DNA from: Gemmatimonadales bacterium
Lineage (GTDB): Bacteria; Gemmatimonadota; Gemmatimonadetes; Gemmatimonadales; GWC2-71-9
Length of the DNA stretch: 39,908 bases
Reading direction: 5' to 3'
Assembly: GCA_050733295.1 (NCBI GenBank)
Contig: JBOHSQ010000028.1
Coordinates: 1-39,908, forward strand
The number at the start of each line of letters is the position of its first letter. Positions within the stretch are counted from its first letter, which is position 1. Shown here one piece after another: positions 37,401 to 39,908 of this stretch. Made by a program: the position numbers and the translations under genes. The notes beneath the pieces were generated by a model that was not told the origin of the DNA, did no database searches, and was given only the letters and a program-made list of their open reading frames with translations.

Positions 37401-38323
37401 TGCGGGTGCTGTTCTTCGGCACGCCGGCCTTCGCGGTGCCGACCCTCCGATCACTGCTCGACGCCGGCCACGACGTCGCGGCGGTGGTGACTCAGCCCGA
37501 CAGGCCCCAGGGCCGCTCTCGCTCGATCCTCGTGCCGTCGCCGGTGAAGGAAGTCGCGCGGTCGCACCGTATCCCAGTCCATCAACCCGACCGGCCGGTG
37601 GGCGACCTCTTTGCCGAGACGCTCCGCCGCGCCCAGGCGGACCTGGGCGTGGTCGTCGCCTACGGGCACATCCTCCGGCCGGAGATCCTGGCGATCCCCC
37701 CGAAGGGGATGATCAACGTGCACGCCTCGCTTCTGCCCCGGTGGCGCGGTGCGGGACCGATCCAGGCGACGATTCTCGCCGGCGACACACTCGCCGGCAT
37801 CAGCGTGATGCAGATGGAGGCAGGCCTCGACTCGGGCCCGGTGCTGCTCCGCGAGCCGACACCGGTTGGCAAAGAGGAAACCGCAGGCGAACTGGCCGAT
37901 CGGCTCGCCCAGCTCGGGGCGCAGGCCCTGCTCGAGTCGGTTGAGTTGATCGCCAAGGGTGAGGCATACTTCGAGCCGCAGGACGGTTCGGCCGCGACGC
38001 TCGCGCCCAAGATCTCCCGCGAGGTCGCCCGGCTCGACTGGCGGACTCCAGCCACGAGCCTGGCGCGCGCGATCCGCGCGTTCGACCCCGTGCCGGGCGC
38101 GTGGGCCCCGCTCGACGGGCAGACGGTCAAGTTCCACCGGGCGCGTCCGGTGGCGGGTTCGGGCAGCCCCGGAACCGTGCTCGCGGCCGGGGACACGCTC
38201 AGGGTCGCCACGGGAGAGGGGGCCGTGGAGATCCGCGAGGTCCAGCCCGCGGGCAAGCGGAGGATGCCCGTCGCCGAATGGGTGCGCGGGCGCGGCGTGG
38301 CGGAGGGGGGCCGTTTCGCGTGA
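37400..38323 (+). CDS. fmt: methionyl-tRNA formyltransferase
   Basis: ATG 37400 overlaps the def stop (TGATG). MRVLFFGTPAFAVPTL, VVTQPDRPQGR, NVHASLLPRWRGAGPI. Confidence 0.95.
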   Translation: MRVLFFGTPAFAVPTLRSLLDAGHDVAAVVTQPDRPQGRSRSILVPSPVKEVARSHRIPVHQPDRPVGDLFAETLRRAQADLGVVVAYGHILRPEILAIPPKGMINVHASLLPRWRGAGPIQATILAGDTLAGISVMQMEAGLDSGPVLLREPTPVGKEETAGELADRLAQLGAQALLESVELIAKGEAYFEPQDGSAATLAPKISREVARLDWRTPATSLARAIRAFDPVPGAWAPLDGQTVKFHRARPVAGSGSPGTVLAAGDTLRVATGEGAVEIREVQPAGKRRMPVAEWVRGRGVAEGGRFA

Positions 38324-38940
38324 GGCCGCTCCCCCGCCTGCACGCCGTCACGGACGAACGCATCGCAATGCTGCCCGACCTCGGCGTGCGGGCTGCTGCG
38401 ATCGCGGCCGCGGGACCGCCGGTCGCCCTTCACGCGCGAGGGCGCGTGCTCGGAGGCGAGGCGCTCAGCCGCCTTGCCGCCAGGTTCCTCTCGCTCGCCA
38501 CGCCGCCGGAAGCAGCGGTATTCGTGAACGCTCGGCCCGACATCGCGGCAGCGCTCGGGGCCCACGGCGTCATGCTCGGTACCGACGATCTCGACCCGGG
38601 CGACGCGCGCAGGGTCTTCTCCCGCGGATGGCTCGGCAGGTCGGTGCATGACAGGGACGAGGCCCGCCGAGCCATCGACGACGGCGCAGACTTCCTCATG
38701 GTGGGATCGGTGTTCGAATCCGTCTCGCATCCAGGCCGGCCGGCCGTCGGGCTGCCGTTGCTGGAGTGGTCGGCGGGCCTCGGAAAGCCGGTGGTCGCCA
38801 TCGGCGGCATGACTCCCGGCCGGGCCGTCGCGGCACGCGAGGCCGGTGCCTGGGGCGTCGCCGCCATCAGCGCACTCTGGGGTTCGGACGATCCCTACGC
38901 CGCAGCGGTCGCGTTTCTCGAGCCCTGGAGCGAGACGTGA
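38320..38940 (+). CDS. thiE: thiamine-phosphate synthase
   Basis: GTG 38320 overlaps the fmt stop. LHAVTDE..., VNARPDIAAALGAHGVMLG, ADFLMVGSVFES and VVAIGGM, in context with thiS and thiG. Confidence 0.82.
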   Translation: MRPLPRLHAVTDERIAMLPDLGVRAAAIAAAGPPVALHARGRVLGGEALSRLAARFLSLATPPEAAVFVNARPDIAAALGAHGVMLGTDDLDPGDARRVFSRGWLGRSVHDRDEARRAIDDGADFLMVGSVFESVSHPGRPAVGLPLLEWSAGLGKPVVAIGGMTPGRAVAAREAGAWGVAAISALWGSDDPYAAAVAFLEPWSET

Positions 38941-39146
38941 GCGACATCCGCATCACGCTGAACGGCGAGGCCCGGAGCCTTCCCCGCCCCGCCTCGCTCA
39001 CAGGGCTCATCGAGTCGCTCGGACTCGACCCGCGCATGATCGTCGTGGAGCGGAATCGAGAGATCGTCCGGCGCCCCGACCTGGACCGGACCCCGGTCGA
39101 AGACGGCGACGTGCTGGAACTGGTACATTTCGTGGGTGGCGGCTGA
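38937..39146 (+). CDS. thiS: sulfur carrier protein ThiS
   Basis: 69 aa, ITLNGE... ending in VGGG (C-terminal Gly-Gly). GTGA overlap with thiE. Confidence 0.85.
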   Translation: MSDIRITLNGEARSLPRPASLTGLIESLGLDPRMIVVERNREIVRRPDLDRTPVEDGDVLELVHFVGGG

Positions 39147-39159
39147 AGGACGGTAACGC

Positions 39160-39908
39160 ATGGCGACTGCAATCCGGACATCGACTGACCTTCCCCTGGT
39201 CATCGACGGGCGCGAGTTCCGCTCGCGGCTCCTCGTCGGCACGGGGAAGTACCGCTCCTCCGCGGAAATGGTCGCCGCGATCGAGGCGTCGGGCGCCGAG
39301 GTCGTGACCGTCGCGGTGCGGCGGGTGGACCTGAACCGCGCCAATGCCGAGGGGCTGCTGCATCACCTCGACCCGGATCACTTCTTCCTCCTGGCCAACA
39401 CCGCCGGTTGTTACGACGCGGGCGAGGCGGTGCGCTATGTACGGCTGGCCCGCGAGGCCGGATTCAACGAGTTCGTGAAGCTCGAGGTGATCGGCGATCG
39501 CGAGACCCTGCTCCCCGACGTGGACGGCCTGCTGGCAGCCACGCGGACGCTGGTCGCCGAGGGCTTCAAGGTGATGGCCTACACCAACGACGACCTGATC
39601 ACCGCGCTGCGGCTGGAGGCGGCGGGAGCGGTGGCGGTGATGCCGCTGGCTTCGCCCATCGGCAGCGGCCTCGGGCTCCTCAATCCGTACTCCATTCGCA
39701 CCATCAAGAAGCGGCTCAAGGTCCCGGTAATCGTGGATGCCGGAGTCGGCACCGCGTCCGACGCGTGCCTCACGATGGAGCAGGGCGTAGACGGGATCCT
39801 GATGAACACCGCGCTGGCCGAGGCGGCGGACCCGGTGAGGATGGCGACGGCGATGCGCCATGCCGTCGAGGCCGGCCGGTTCGCCTTCCTCGCAGGCCGG
39901 ATGCCGCG
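39160..39908 (+). CDS. thiG: thiazole synthase ThiG (3' end outside window)
   Basis: ATG 39160 follows [61 protein letters not shown]. The frame is open to the window end and is not in the ORF track because no stop is reached. Confidence 0.93.
   Translation, partial: MATAIRTSTDLPLVIDGREFRSRLLVGTGKYRSSAEMVAAIEASGAEVVTVAVRRVDLNRANAEGLLHHLDPDHFFLLANTAGCYDAGEAVRYVRLAREAGFNEFVKLEVIGDRETLLPDVDGLLAATRTLVAEGFKVMAYTNDDLITALRLEAAGAVAVMPLASPIGSGLGLLNPYSIRTIKKRLKVPVIVDAGVGTASDACLTMEQGVDGILMNTALAEAADPVRMATAMRHAVEAGRFAFLAGRMP

Noticed and set aside
38300-38330. Expected TPP riboswitch upstream of thiE
   Set aside because: The thiE GTG overlaps the fmt stop codon, so there is no untranslated leader. I see no THI-box-like CTGAGA...ACCTGATCTGGATAATGCCAGCG element in the preceding sequence.
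38709-38722. tRNA T-loop-like string GGTGTTCGAATCCG
   Set aside because: It sits in frame inside thiE (encoding GSVFES). No acceptor, D or anticodon stems can be built around it, so it is a chance match.

Overview
Gene-dense, high-GC (about 70% by eye, not computed) bacterial chromosomal segment. I found no rRNA, tRNA, CRISPR array, transposase or integrase. Many long ORFs in the supplied track are antisense shadows of real genes, as expected at this GC content. Left part: a partial sugar C-methyltransferase; a two-gene operon encoding a membrane protein and a PEP-CTERM secreted protein; then a tightly coupled five-gene module closed by a strong hairpin terminator. That module encodes a VanZ-like membrane protein, an NtrY-like histidine kinase, a sigma54 enhancer-binding response regulator, an outer-membrane barrel with bactofilin-like repeats, and a secreted 220-aa protein. 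It is followed by an HNH endonuclease, an amidohydrolase, PBP1A and tyrS. Middle part: a mosaic operon (orphan DppC-type permease, class-V aminotransferase, a glycosyltransferase relic, a DUF853/HerA-like ATPase), a patatin-ferredoxin fusion, and an envelope glycan/LPS-like locus of about 11.5 kb. The locus holds GT4, GT2, an epimerase, GT87/DUF2029, two CgeB-like glycosyltransferases plus one pseudogene copy, an MsbA-like exporter and a GT9 heptosyltransferase. Its main operon is headed by a PorX-type receiver-PglZ response regulator, and it contains a duplication scar. Right part: yebC-ruvC-ruvA-(unlisted 57-codon zinc-ribbon ORF)-ruvB-queA-tgt-yajC-def-fmt-thiE-thiS-thiG, chained almost entirely by overlapping stop/start codons. 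Best candidates for undescribed biology are the envelope-spanning sigma54 two-component module (2154-8502), the PorX-like regulator co-encoded with a lipid/glycan export operon, and the patatin-ferredoxin fusion. All family assignments come from motif recognition by eye, with no searches run. A Gemmatimonadota-like or other FCB-group origin is only a weak guess, based on PEP-CTERM, a PorX-type regulator and very high GC.
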